46,070 nt of DNA from Gammaproteobacteria bacterium (GTDB lineage: Bacteria; Pseudomonadota; Gammaproteobacteria; Eutrophobiales; Eutrophobiaceae): assembly GCA_963422205.2 (NCBI GenBank), contig CAXMWX010000002.1, positions 1 through 46,070 on the forward strand, given 5' to 3'. Under the pieces are notes generated by a model. That model was not told the origin of the DNA, ran no database searches, and worked only from the letters and a program-made list of their open reading frames with translations. Numbering within the stretch: position 1 is the first letter of the stretch; each line of letters starts with the position of its first letter. A program made the translations under genes and the position numbers. Below are positions 1 to 10,068 of this stretch, one piece after another.

Positions 1-2163
1 GTGATCATTACCCTCATCCTGATTGCTGTTTATCTCCTGTATGTGGTGATCCCGATGTTTAAACCTGCACATATTGACCTGCTCGCCAGCTACCCGGCAC
101 CAGTAGGTAATGTGGTCGGGGGTGATGGGGCAGATACGCTTTATTATGCCCTGGAAGAGCAACATGAGGTTGGGCTCAGGGTGACGGCGGACGGCCAGGC
201 GGTGTTTTTCAGGGCCGCCGATGGCCACCTGCTCAAACAGCAGGTGTTAACCGAACAAACACCGGCTGAACTGACGGCATTCGCCGCGGGGGATCCGGCC
301 GGTCGGCTGCTGGCACTGGGGCTGGACGATGGCACCGCCCTCCTGCTGCAACACGACTATGAGGTGACTTACCCGAACGATGTGCGGCTGATAACGCCGC
401 AGATAACCTGGCCCCTGGGCAACTCACCAATCCGCCTGGACCGTGAGGGCCAGCCCGTCCGCCTTATCAGCGCACAGCTTGATGAAGAGCAGGCGACGAT
501 TGCCGCCATCACCGCCGATCAGCGCTTGTTGCTGACCCATCTTCAGCAGGATGAGTCGCTGCTTGGCGATGAGGATACCCCGGTGATCACCCGTACCGAG
601 ATTCCGGTCACCGGCAGGGTGAGCCATCTCTTGATCGATAGTGAGCAACGGGAGCTTTACCTTGCCGAGGACGATGGCCTCATCAGTTATTATGATATCA
701 GCGACAAGTCGATGATTCGGCTGCTGCAGAAGGTGCGTGCTGCCCCTGCATCGGCACAGATCAGCCGCCTGTCGTTTTTAAGTGGCGGCATTTCAATTCT
801 GGTTGGTGATACGGCCGGCAATATTGCCCAGTGGTTTCCCGTCAGGGATGTGCAGAACAATTATACGCTGGAGAAGATCCGCCGTTTTGAACCGTTTGCC
901 GAGGCCGTGGTGGCGATTGTGCCGGAGTATTTCCGTAAGGGGTTTCTGGCGGCAGATGAGGACGGACACCTTACCCTCTATCACACAACAGCCCACCGCA
1001 CGGTGATGCGTGAGCGCATCAGCACGCAACGGACAGAACACATTGCCATTGCCCCCCGCGCCAATGCCATGCTGGTGGAAGCGGCGGGTGGCCAGTTGCA
1101 GTTGTGGGCGATTGACAATGAGTACCCGGAGATCTCCTGGCAGTCTATCTGGGGCAAGGTGTGGTATGAAAGCCGAGACCGGGCCCAATATATCTGGCAA
1201 TCCTCCTCGGCCAGCAGTGATTTTGAGCCGAAGTTCAGTCTCACGCCGCTGGTGTTTGGCACCTTGAAGGCGGCGTTTTACGCCATGTTGTTTGCCATGC
1301 CGATGGCGATATTCGGCGCCATGTATACAGCTTATTTCATGTCGGCCCGGCTGCGTGGCCTGGTCAAGCCAACGATTGAAATCATGGAAGCCCTGCCCAC
1401 GGTTATCCTGGGGTTTCTTGCCGGCTTATGGTTTGCCCCGTTTGTTGAGCAGAACCTGCCGGGGTTGTTCCTGTGTATTTTGCTGTTTCCTGTGATGGTT
1501 ATTCTGGCGGCCTGGGGCTGGCGCTGTCTGCCGCCCGTACTGCGCCACAAAGTGCCCGAGGGCTGGGAGGCGGCGTTGCTCATCCCGGTGCTTATCCTGG
1601 CGGGCATGGTGGCGTTCCGTGTCAGCCAGCCGCTGGAAATCGCCCTGTTTGCCGGCAATATGCCGCTGTGGTTGACGCAAGAGCTGGGAATCAGTTACGA
1701 CCAGCGCAACTCCCTGGTGGTCGGCATCGCGATGGGGTTTGCCGTGATCCCGACGATCTTCTCTATCAGCGAGGATGCGCTCTACAGCGTGCCGAAGCAC
1801 CTTACCACAGGCTCGCTGGCCCTGGGGGCGACGCCCTGGCAGACCATGATGCGGGTGGTGCTGCTGACCGCCAGCCCGGGTATCTTCTCGGCGGTGATGA
1901 TCGGCACCGGCCGGGCCGTGGGCGAGACCATGATCGTCCTGATGGCAACCGGCAACACCGCCATCATGGACATGAACATATTTGAGGGCTTTCGCGCTTT
2001 ATCGGCCAACATCGCCGTGGAGATGCCGGAATCCGAGGTTGGCAGCACCCACTACCGCATCCTGTTTCTGGCCGGCCTGGTGTTGTTTATGGCGACCTTC
2101 GTGTTCAATACCCTGGCCGAGCTGGTGCGCCAGCGGCTGCGGCTGAAATACAGCTCACTATGA
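1..2163 (+). CDS. pstC: Phosphate ABC transporter permease PstC, long form with large periplasmic domain; probably 5'-truncated by the window edge
   Basis: C-terminal PstC motifs ([54 protein letters not shown]); first gene of pstC-pstA-pstB-phoU. Confidence 0.93.
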   Translation: MIITLILIAVYLLYVVIPMFKPAHIDLLASYPAPVGNVVGGDGADTLYYALEEQHEVGLRVTADGQAVFFRAADGHLLKQQVLTEQTPAELTAFAAGDPAGRLLALGLDDGTALLLQHDYEVTYPNDVRLITPQITWPLGNSPIRLDREGQPVRLISAQLDEEQATIAAITADQRLLLTHLQQDESLLGDEDTPVITRTEIPVTGRVSHLLIDSEQRELYLAEDDGLISYYDISDKSMIRLLQKVRAAPASAQISRLSFLSGGISILVGDTAGNIAQWFPVRDVQNNYTLEKIRRFEPFAEAVVAIVPEYFRKGFLAADEDGHLTLYHTTAHRTVMRERISTQRTEHIAIAPRANAMLVEAAGGQLQLWAIDNEYPEISWQSIWGKVWYESRDRAQYIWQSSSASSDFEPKFSLTPLVFGTLKAAFYAMLFAMPMAIFGAMYTAYFMSARLRGLVKPTIEIMEALPTVILGFLAGLWFAPFVEQNLPGLFLCILLFPVMVILAAWGWRCLPPVLRHKVPEGWEAALLIPVLILAGMVAFRVSQPLEIALFAGNMPLWLTQELGISYDQRNSLVVGIAMGFAVIPTIFSISEDALYSVPKHLTTGSLALGATPWQTMMRVVLLTASPGIFSAVMIGTGRAVGETMIVLMATGNTAIMDMNIFEGFRALSANIAVEMPESEVGSTHYRILFLAGLVLFMATFVFNTLAELVRQRLRLKYSSL

Positions 2164-3839
2164 CGCCTGCGCCCCCCACTGCGATAAAAAAATGGTTCGC
2201 CACCGGCGTGCCGTATATCTGGTTAAACGCCAGCACTGTCAGCCTGTCCATCATCATGGTGGTCGGGCTTGTGCTGTTAATCATGGTGCGTGGCCTGGGG
2301 CATTTCTGGCCGGGCCCGGTAGCTGCCTTTACCTACACTGAAGCCACTGGCGAGAGGCTCGCCCTGGCTGGTGAGCTGGTGGCTGAGGAGTCAGTTCCCC
2401 GTGCCCGCCTGCCTGATGATGATGTACGTATCCCGGCGGCGATGGCGGTGGTTGAGCGTCGGTTGGTGAAGATCGGTAACCGCGATTTCTTTGGTCTGGA
2501 CTACCGCTGGGTATTGGCGGCTGCCATGCACAATGTCACCTATCCAGCAGACCTGATGGTGGTTGAGCGGCGGGAATGGGGCAATTTCTACGGCTATCTC
2601 GACAGCATCAAAGAGGGCGATCAGATCATCGCCACCCAGCCGGAGTGGGCGCTGTTGCAGCACTATATCACCGCCAGCGCGGCACTCTTTGATGAGATAC
2701 GGCACATCGAGAAGGAACTCATCGGCAAGATCAATTACCGCATGGAACGCCTGCGTTTGCGAGAGCGGGCGCTGGCGCTGGACGGGGTGGCGGCGGGCGC
2801 TCCGGCGTATGCTGAGATAGCGGCTGAGCGGGCGATGCTGGAAGATGAATACAACGGCTTTACTGCACAACTGGCCGGGCTGCATAAAAAATTACACCAG
2901 TTCTCTTTTGTTGCCACCCTGGCCAATGGCGAGAAGATGGAGATTAATTTTGCCAAGGTGGTGCGTGCCTGGCGGCCAAATACCATGAATCTCGCCGACA
3001 AGCTGGTTTTCTATTTTACCAAGCTGTGGGAGTTTATCGCCGAAGATCCGAGAGAGGCCAATACCGAGGGCGGTATTTTTCCGGCCATCTACGGCACAGT
3101 CATGATGGTGATGGTGATGGCGGTGCTGGTCACGCCCTTCGGCGTGGTGGCGGCTGTCTATCTGCGTGAATACGCCCGCCAGGGGCCGGTCACACGGCTT
3201 ATTCGCATCGCTGTCAATAATCTGGCCGGCGTGCCTTCGGTGGTCTACGGCGTGTTTGGCCTGGGGTTTTTTGTCTATTTTCTGGGCGGCTCTATTGATG
3301 AGTTGTTTTTTGCCGCCTCGCTGCCCGCCCCCACCTTCGGCACCCCGGGCCTGCTGTGGGCCTCGTTGACCCTGGCGATACTGACCGTGCCGGTGGTGAT
3401 TGTCTCCACCGAGGAGGGTTTATCACGGGTGCCTCGTGCGATTCGTGAGGGCAGCCTGGCCCTGGGTGCTACCAAGGCCGAGACCCTGTGGCGCACGGTG
3501 CTGCCGATGACCGCCTCCGCCATGATGACGGGCCTTATCCTGGCCATCGCCCGGGCCGCCGGTGAAGTGGCGCCGTTGATGCTGGTCGGGGTGGTGAAGC
3601 TGGCCCCCTCCCTGCCGCTGGATGGTAACTTCCCGTTTCTGCATCTGGACAGAAAGTTCATGCACTTGGGCTTTCATATCTACGATGTGGGCTTTCAAAG
3701 CCCGAATGTGGAGGCCGCCCGTCCGCTGGTCTATGCCACGGCATTTTTGCTGGTGTTGATCATCATCGCATTAAACTTAACAGCGATAAAAATTCGTAAT
3801 ACGCTAAGAGAGAAATACCGTGCAGCAGAGCAGAACTAA
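2160..3839 (+). CDS. pstA: Phosphate ABC transporter permease PstA, long form
   Basis: [39 protein letters not shown] and [10 protein letters not shown] motifs; ATGA overlap with pstC. Confidence 0.95.
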   Translation: MTPAPPTAIKKWFATGVPYIWLNASTVSLSIIMVVGLVLLIMVRGLGHFWPGPVAAFTYTEATGERLALAGELVAEESVPRARLPDDDVRIPAAMAVVERRLVKIGNRDFFGLDYRWVLAAAMHNVTYPADLMVVERREWGNFYGYLDSIKEGDQIIATQPEWALLQHYITASAALFDEIRHIEKELIGKINYRMERLRLRERALALDGVAAGAPAYAEIAAERAMLEDEYNGFTAQLAGLHKKLHQFSFVATLANGEKMEINFAKVVRAWRPNTMNLADKLVFYFTKLWEFIAEDPREANTEGGIFPAIYGTVMMVMVMAVLVTPFGVVAAVYLREYARQGPVTRLIRIAVNNLAGVPSVVYGVFGLGFFVYFLGGSIDELFFAASLPAPTFGTPGLLWASLTLAILTVPVVIVSTEEGLSRVPRAIREGSLALGATKAETLWRTVLPMTASAMMTGLILAIARAAGEVAPLMLVGVVKLAPSLPLDGNFPFLHLDRKFMHLGFHIYDVGFQSPNVEAARPLVYATAFLLVLIIIALNLTAIKIRNTLREKYRAAEQN

Positions 3840-3855
3840 GCAGATAATCGTTGAG

Positions 3856-4740
3856 ATGGCTGAACAGACAGAAGCACAAGATCGGCAGCCCCCGGCCAAA
3901 GTGCTGCCAACACCGGGGGCGGGGAGGCGGGCAGTGGCGGTGGACTCGTTGCCCGGGCCGGCGGGCCGGCTCACTCTGGCGGATGAGAGTCTGTGCATCC
4001 GGGTGCGTGATTTTAACCTGTATTACGGCGATAAGCAGGCACTGAAGGATATCAACATGGTCGTCCCGGAGAGACGGGTCACGGCGTTTATCGGGCCGAG
4101 CGGCTGTGGCAAGTCAACCCTGTTGCGCTGTTTTAACCGCATGAATGATTTGATTGACATCGTTCGTGCCGAGGGCGAGATTACGATCAATAATGAGGAT
4201 ATTTTTCACCCATCGGTGAATGTCGCTGAGTTGCGCCGACAGGTGGGCATGGTGTTTCAAAAACCCAATCCGTTTCCGAAGTCTGTGTATGAAAACGTGG
4301 CCTATGGTCTTCGGATACAGGGCGTGAATGACCGGCGGTCGCTGGATGCGATCGTCGAGCAGTCACTCAAAGGGGCGGCGTTGTGGGATGAGGTGAAGGA
4401 TCGGCTGGATGATAATGCCCTCGGTCTGTCGGGCGGCCAGGCACAGCGGCTGGTGATTGCCCGGGCGATTGCCGTTGAGCCGGAGGTGTTGTTGCTGGAT
4501 GAGCCCTGCTCGGCGCTGGATCCTATCTCCACATTGAAGGTTGAAGAGCTGATCTATGAATTAAAGGCCAACTACACGATCGTGATCGTCACCCATAACA
4601 TGCAGCAGGCCGCCCGGGTGTCTGACTATACGGCATATATGTACCTGGGCGAGCTGATCGAATTTAACGACACCAGTACGCTGTTCACCAACCCGGAGAG
4701 GAAAATGACCGAGGACTACATCACCGGTCGTTACGGCTAG
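3856..4740 (+). CDS. pstB: Phosphate ABC transporter ATPase PstB
   Basis: Walker [38 protein letters not shown]-terminal [10 protein letters not shown]; ATG at 3856 chosen as start. Confidence 0.96.
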   Translation: MAEQTEAQDRQPPAKVLPTPGAGRRAVAVDSLPGPAGRLTLADESLCIRVRDFNLYYGDKQALKDINMVVPERRVTAFIGPSGCGKSTLLRCFNRMNDLIDIVRAEGEITINNEDIFHPSVNVAELRRQVGMVFQKPNPFPKSVYENVAYGLRIQGVNDRRSLDAIVEQSLKGAALWDEVKDRLDDNALGLSGGQAQRLVIARAIAVEPEVLLLDEPCSALDPISTLKVEELIYELKANYTIVIVTHNMQQAARVSDYTAYMYLGELIEFNDTSTLFTNPERKMTEDYITGRYG

Positions 4741-4765
4741 TCGGTTTTTTTAAGAGTGATCCCGC

Positions 4766-5476
4766 ATGAATAACATACCGCAACATATCTCCAAGCAGTT
4801 TGATCAGGAACTGGAGCAGATTCGATCCAGCGTCCTGACCATGGGGGGGCTGGTAGAGCAGCAGCTGATGGATGCGCTGAAATCGCTGGCCGAATCGAAT
4901 ATCAGCCTGGCCGGGTCGGTGTTGGACAATGAGGTAAAAGTCAATTCCTTTGAGGTGGCTATTGATGAGGGATGTACCCGAATTCTGGCCCGGCGGCAAC
5001 CTGCCGCCAGTGATCTGCGTCTGCTGATGGCGGTGATCAAGACGATTACCGATCTTGAACGGGTGGGCGATGAGGCACAGAAGATTGCCAAGATGGCGAT
5101 CAAGTTATCGGAGAAATCCGGGCCGCGCTCCTATTACATCGGCATCAATGCCATGGGGACTTTCGTGCGTAACATGCTCAAAGATGCCTTAAATGCTTTC
5201 GCCCGCATTGACAGCCAGGAGGCGTTGGTAACAGCAGGCAAAGAGCCGGAGTCCGATGAGCAGTACAGCGCCGTGTTGCGCCAGCTAATCACCTACATGA
5301 TGGAAGACCCGCGCAGTATTACCAGTGTGATTGATGCTGTGTGGGTGGTGCGGGCGCTGGAGCGTATCGGTGATCATGCCCGTAATATTTGTGAATACGT
5401 GATTTATTTTGTTGAAGGCAAAGACGTGCGCCATATCAGCATTGAGCAAATGGAAGAAGTGCTGAAAAACAAATAG
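4766..5476 (+). CDS. phoU: Phosphate signalling protein PhoU
   Basis: HISKQFDQEL, QPAASDLR, DLERVGD and LERIGDHARNICE motifs; directly follows pstB. Confidence 0.96.
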   Translation: MNNIPQHISKQFDQELEQIRSSVLTMGGLVEQQLMDALKSLAESNISLAGSVLDNEVKVNSFEVAIDEGCTRILARRQPAASDLRLLMAVIKTITDLERVGDEAQKIAKMAIKLSEKSGPRSYYIGINAMGTFVRNMLKDALNAFARIDSQEALVTAGKEPESDEQYSAVLRQLITYMMEDPRSITSVIDAVWVVRALERIGDHARNICEYVIYFVEGKDVRHISIEQMEEVLKNK

Positions 5477-5516
5477 TATGCTGTCATTGCCCCTGGCAAG
5501 GACATGATAACGCACT

Positions 5517-7586
5517 ATGGGAATAACCGACCTCAGTCATCCTGAGTATTACATCAATCGCGAACTCAGCCTGCTGGAGTTTAACCGTCGGGTCATTGAC
5601 CAGGCCCGGGATGAGAGCCTGCCGTTGCTGGAGCGGTTGAAGTTTTTGTGTATCGCCAGCACCAATCTGGATGAGTTTTTCGAGATCCGCGTGGCCGGTA
5701 TCAAGGAGCAGGTGAAATACGGCTCGGTGCAGACCGGCCCGGATAACCTCAGCCCGGCCGAGGTCTTGAAACACATCAGCCAGACGGCGCATGAGCTGGT
5801 TGCAACGCAATATGCCGTGTTCAATGAAATCATTACGCCCGCGCTGGCAAAGGAGCGGATTCTCATACACCGGCGCACATCCTGGAAGCCGGCCATACTG
5901 CGCTGGGTGAAACGCTATTTTAACAATAATGTTCTGCCTGTGCTCAGTCCTATCGGGCTGGATCCGGCGCACCCATTCCCGCGGGTGTTAAATAAAAATC
6001 TGTACTTCATTATCTCGCTGGAAGGCAAGGATGCATTTGGCCGAGAGAACCGCCTGGCCATCGTGCAGGCCCCGCGCTCATTGCCCAGGGTGGTGCAGAT
6101 TCCTGAAGATGTTGTTCAGGGCAAATCCGATTTTGTTTTGTTATCGTCCATTATTCACGCCCATGTGGGCGATCTGTTCCCCGGCATGTCCGCCAGCGGT
6201 TGCTATCAATTCAAGGTCACGCGCAACAGCGATTTGTTTGTCGACAGCGAGGAGGTGGATGATCTGCTCAGAGCGCTGGAAGGCGAGCTGCCATCCCGGC
6301 GTTTTAACGATGCGGTACGGCTGGAGGTGGCTGATAATTGTCCGGCCGAACTCAGCGGCTTTTTATTGCAGCAATTTAAGCTGGAGGATGACGATCTTTA
6401 TAAGGTCAACGGCCCGGTGAACCTGAACCGCCTGATGGCGATCTATGATCTGGCCGACAGGCCGGAGTTGAAATTTGCCGGGTTTACCCCCGACCTGCCG
6501 CCGCGCCTGCAAAAAAGCGCCAGCCTCTTCGATACGTTGAAATATGGCGATATCCTGCTGCATCATCCGTTTCAGTCATTCGCACCCGTGGTCGATTTTG
6601 TCCGCCAGGCGGCTAATGATGCCAACGTCTTGTCCATCAAACAGACGCTGTATCGCACCGGTGATGATTCGGCCCTGGTCGATGCCCTGAAACAGGCCGC
6701 CCGCATGGGTAAGGAAGTGACGGTGGTGGTGGAGTTGCGGGCGCGGTTTGATGAGGAGGCCAACATTGAACTGGCCAACGAGTTGCAGGAGGTGGGCGCA
6801 CATGTCGTCTATGGCGTGGTTGGCTACAAGACCCATGCAAAGATGATCATGGTGGTACGGCGTGAAGGTCGTGGCCTGCGGCGCTATGTGCATCTCGGCA
6901 CCGGTAATTATCATGCCCGCACGGCGCGCCTGTATACCGATTACGGCCTGCTGACCTGCGACAAGGCGATGGCTGAGGATGTGAACAAGCTGTTTTTGCA
7001 GCTCACCGGCCTCGGCAGGGCATCCAGGCTGAAGAAGATCCTGCAATCGCCGTTTACCTTGTCCAAGTCCATTTTGAGTTTGATTGAACGGGAAATCCAA
7101 CATGCCAATGCGGGCAAAGGGGCAAGGGTGATCGCCAAGATGAATGCCCTGGTGGATGCGGAAATCATCCGTGCCCTGTACCGTGCATCCCAGGCGGGGG
7201 TGAAGGTTGATTTGATTATCCGCGGGGTGTGTTGTTTGCGTCCCGGTGTTAAGGGTCTGTCGGAGAATATCCGGGTGCGCTCTGTTGTTGGCCGGTTTCT
7301 TGAGCATACACGCATTTATTATTTTCTTAATGCGGGTGATCAGCAGGTGTATTGTTCTTCGGCAGACTGGATGCCACGCAACCTGCGCCATCGTGTCGAG
7401 GCTTCTTTTCCGATTGAAGAGAAACGTCCCAGAGATCAGATCATCAATTATGGCCTGCTGAACTACCTGCAAGATAATACGCAGGCCTGGATTTTGCAAA
7501 GCGATGGCTCATACAAGCGCAGTAAACCGGGCAACCACAAACCGAAGGTGGCACAGCAGATATTGCTGGATCATTATTGTGGTTAG
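5517..7586 (+). CDS. ppk1: Polyphosphate kinase 1
   Basis: YINRELSLLEFN, LDEFFEIRVAG, ELRARFDEEANI, KTHAK, HLGTGNY, SSADWMPRN. Confidence 0.97.
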   Translation: MGITDLSHPEYYINRELSLLEFNRRVIDQARDESLPLLERLKFLCIASTNLDEFFEIRVAGIKEQVKYGSVQTGPDNLSPAEVLKHISQTAHELVATQYAVFNEIITPALAKERILIHRRTSWKPAILRWVKRYFNNNVLPVLSPIGLDPAHPFPRVLNKNLYFIISLEGKDAFGRENRLAIVQAPRSLPRVVQIPEDVVQGKSDFVLLSSIIHAHVGDLFPGMSASGCYQFKVTRNSDLFVDSEEVDDLLRALEGELPSRRFNDAVRLEVADNCPAELSGFLLQQFKLEDDDLYKVNGPVNLNRLMAIYDLADRPELKFAGFTPDLPPRLQKSASLFDTLKYGDILLHHPFQSFAPVVDFVRQAANDANVLSIKQTLYRTGDDSALVDALKQAARMGKEVTVVVELRARFDEEANIELANELQEVGAHVVYGVVGYKTHAKMIMVVRREGRGLRRYVHLGTGNYHARTARLYTDYGLLTCDKAMAEDVNKLFLQLTGLGRASRLKKILQSPFTLSKSILSLIEREIQHANAGKGARVIAKMNALVDAEIIRALYRASQAGVKVDLIIRGVCCLRPGVKGLSENIRVRSVVGRFLEHTRIYYFLNAGDQQVYCSSADWMPRNLRHRVEASFPIEEKRPRDQIINYGLLNYLQDNTQAWILQSDGSYKRSKPGNHKPKVAQQILLDHYCG

Positions 7587-7664
7587 CCGGCCAGTGGCTT
7601 CTTAAAATCATGCGGTAAAATCAGCCGATGTTTTTCATTTGCCCATCAGTCTGACGTTAGCACT

Positions 7665-9101
7665 GTGAACACATTCTACTACGGCGATTGCCTTGAAATC
7701 ATGGCTGCCATGCCGCCTGACAGTATTGATCTGATCTACCTTGATCCACCGTTTAATTCCAATCGTTCCTACAACACCATATACAAAGACAGCACCGGCC
7801 AGGCGCTGCCAGAACAGGCCGAGGCATTTTGCGATGTCTGGGAACTCACCGAGGAGCGGGAGCGGGCGATCGCGGATTTGCCCGTGTTGATGCGCCAGCA
7901 CGGCATGGATGACAGCACCGCCCGGTTATGGGAATTATGGATACCAGCACTCAGGCATACCCAGCCCCGCCTGCTGGCCTATTTGTCGTACATGACCGAG
8001 CGGCTTCTTATCATGCGCTCACTGCTGAAGGCCACGGGCAGCCTGTATTTGCATTGCGACCCGACGGCCAGCCATTATATCAAGATGATCATGGATGTTG
8101 TGTTTGGGCATCAGAATTTTCAGAACGAGGTAATATGGCATTACAGAAAATGGACAGGGAAGGCGAAGAGATTTCAAAGACTGCACGATATAGTATTTTT
8201 TTATTCTAAAACCGACCAGTATAATTTTAATGTTTTGTATACGGACTACACGGACAAATCATTAAAGAGAAAGCAAAACTATCATACCAGGATAAAAGGT
8301 GATGATGTTTACGTCACCTCAGTGAATGAAAAAGGCGTGAGGGAGAACGATGTCTGGCAGATACCGATCATCAACTCCCAGGCCAAAGAACGCCTCGGCT
8401 ATCCCACGCAAAAACCCATCGCCCTGTTAAAGCGCATCATACTGGCCTCCAGCAACGAAGGTGATCGGGTGCTGGACCCCTTCTGTGGTTGTGCCACCAC
8501 CATCGCCGCCGCCCATGAGCTTAACAGACGCTGGATCGGCGTTGACATCGCCTATCATGCAATAACAAAAGTCGTTAGATCAAGGTTGCACGATCAATAT
8601 GGCTTGAGTGAAAACATAGCCTATGAAATAGACGGCATCCCGAAAACCAGAGAAGCAGCGATTGATCTGTGGAATAGGGATTCCTATCAGTTCCAACGCT
8701 GGGCGGTTGAGCGGGCGGATGGCTTTGTCTCCGCCCAGCGCGCCCATGATGGCGGGATTGACGGGCGCATTTATTTTCACACCGGCGGTGGGAAAATGGG
8801 TTCGATGATCGTCGAGGTCAAAGGCGGGGCGCAAGTCGGCATCGGGGTGGTCAGAGACCTTCGGGGCGTTATGGAGCGGGATGGTTGCGAGATGGCGGGA
8901 TTGATCGTCAGAGAAGCACCGGGGGATACGCAAAGGCGCAATTTTCAACGGGAGATGGGCGAGGCCGGATTTATAGAGATCGATAAGCGTCAATTCGCCA
9001 GAATGCAGCTTCTGACGCTCGATGAGGTTATCCGGGGGAGAAAATTCACCACGCCGTTTGCCGAGGGGCTGGGAGAGAGACAGGAGCAACTGACGCTTTA
9101 A
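7665..9101 (+). CDS. Beta-class (N4/N6) DNA methyltransferase fused to a C-terminal Mrr-like PD-(D/E)xK nuclease domain (copy A)
   Basis: Catalytic motif IV LDPPF near the N-terminus, YPTQKP, SAM-binding LDPFCGC late in the chain (beta order); C-terminal YQFQRWAV...DGGIDG...VEVKGG. Confidence 0.85.
   Translation: MNTFYYGDCLEIMAAMPPDSIDLIYLDPPFNSNRSYNTIYKDSTGQALPEQAEAFCDVWELTEERERAIADLPVLMRQHGMDDSTARLWELWIPALRHTQPRLLAYLSYMTERLLIMRSLLKATGSLYLHCDPTASHYIKMIMDVVFGHQNFQNEVIWHYRKWTGKAKRFQRLHDIVFFYSKTDQYNFNVLYTDYTDKSLKRKQNYHTRIKGDDVYVTSVNEKGVRENDVWQIPIINSQAKERLGYPTQKPIALLKRIILASSNEGDRVLDPFCGCATTIAAAHELNRRWIGVDIAYHAITKVVRSRLHDQYGLSENIAYEIDGIPKTREAAIDLWNRDSYQFQRWAVERADGFVSAQRAHDGGIDGRIYFHTGGGKMGSMIVEVKGGAQVGIGVVRDLRGVMERDGCEMAGLIVREAPGDTQRRNFQREMGEAGFIEIDKRQFARMQLLTLDEVIRGRKFTTPFAEGLGERQEQLTL
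7675..8125 (+). repeat. Inverted repeat block 1 (451 bp), partner of 41728-42178
   Basis: Alignment by eye to the reverse complement of 41728-42178: 8 mismatches, no gaps. Confidence 0.95.
8383..8711 (+). repeat. Inverted repeat block 2 (329 bp), partner of 41091-41419
   Basis: Ungapped alignment by eye: 4 scattered mismatches plus a 32-bp diverged patch (8443-8474). Confidence 0.93.
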
Positions 9102-9125
9102 CGGCCAAACGTAAACAGGCCGCCT

Positions 9126-9282
9126 TCAGGCACAAGACAGGCGGATGCCTGTGCCAGGCAAATACGCGCTCTTTGCCTTGAGATCCGCCGCCGTCAAGGT
9201 ATGTTCGGCCAGCCAGCTATCGGGACATGTCAGTGTTAATTGCCCGTTGTTCTTGCCGGGGGAAGCCGGGCATAGTGGCATG
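9126..9282 (-). pseudogene. ppx: Decayed duplicate of the ppx 3' end, with an internal deletion
   Basis: 9158-9240 matches 11102-11184 (76/83 nt) and 9248-9282 matches 11374-11408 (32/35 nt); translates LTLTCPDSWLAEHTLTAADLKAKSAYLPGTGIRLSCA* with the stop at the same offset as in ppx. Confidence 0.88.
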
Positions 9283-9298
9283 ACTGCCCAGCTGTTAA

Positions 9299-10068
9299 TT
9301 ATCTTTCCCAGTTTCCAAACGTCTTGATCGCCGCACCGTAAACCACTATCTCATCGTTGAAACGCCTGGCATGGGGTACGAACCTGTACAGCATTTGCAT
9401 GACCCTGGGCTTGTTCATGTTGAACCGCACTTCCTGGTAATGTGCCTGGCTGTCGTTTCGCATTTCCAACTCGCCTGCGTTGTTGCCCTCGTATTTGAAT
9501 ACGACTTTTTGATCGGCAAACTGTGCAGCCGTCCTGGCTTCTGAGTTATGAACGATGAGATTATCCCCCAGGTGCTTTACAACGTCTTTATTTAAGAACA
9601 CCCGATATTTATTATCATCAAGCACAGTTAAGTAATCAACTTCGCCACCTTAAAGATAGATTTCGCCAGAAATGCCCGTAACAAGGCCTTGCGTTGAAAC
9701 CTGTCTTTAAGCTCCCTCATGGGCGTTTTAAGCCGCTCCTTGGCGGCCTCAGGATTGTTACGGTACTCTTCAAAGGAAGGCGGGAAGGCATCTATGCAAT
9801 GCACCAGAAGCGTACCTATGCCGTTTAATGCCTGAAAGCCATCATCTTCGATAAACCTGGATCGACTGTAGAGAAATATCTGCCATTTCTTTTTACCGCT
9901 TTTCAGTGAATGGGCATCGCCTGATGGATCAATGACATCTTTCTTGGCCTTTTTATCGTTCTGGTAGTGATCCATGCCGAGGAGTGAGGCGAAGATAGCC
10001 GCATTATCATGCCCTGCTTGACGATATGCTCTGGCTTGTGTTGTTGTAGATGCCCGAGTTTTACTCAT
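9299..10068 (-). pseudogene. Probable type II restriction endonuclease, split by a 1-nt deletion near 9651
   Basis: ORFs 9628-10068 and 9299-9625 join as ...AKSIF(x)GGEVDYLTVLDDNK... when one base is restored; KKDVID...HSLKSG resembles a degenerate PD-(D/E)xK motif; overlaps the end of the Dam-family MTase. Confidence 0.65.

Noticed and set aside
1-3839. Unusually long PstC and PstA as novel fusions
   Set aside because: Long forms with extra periplasmic domains are known in Pseudomonas/Vibrio-type pst operons.
7665-9101. Diversity-generating retroelement or invertase shufflon as the explanation for the paired genes
   Set aside because: No reverse transcriptase or site-specific recombinase is in the window, the differences are not adenine-specific, and no short crossover sites were seen.
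9134-9144. 11-mer AAGACAGGCGG downstream of both fusion genes (also 40393-40403, minus strand)
   Set aside because: It is short, lies at very different distances from the two stops, and the first copy is inside the ppx remnant; probably chance.
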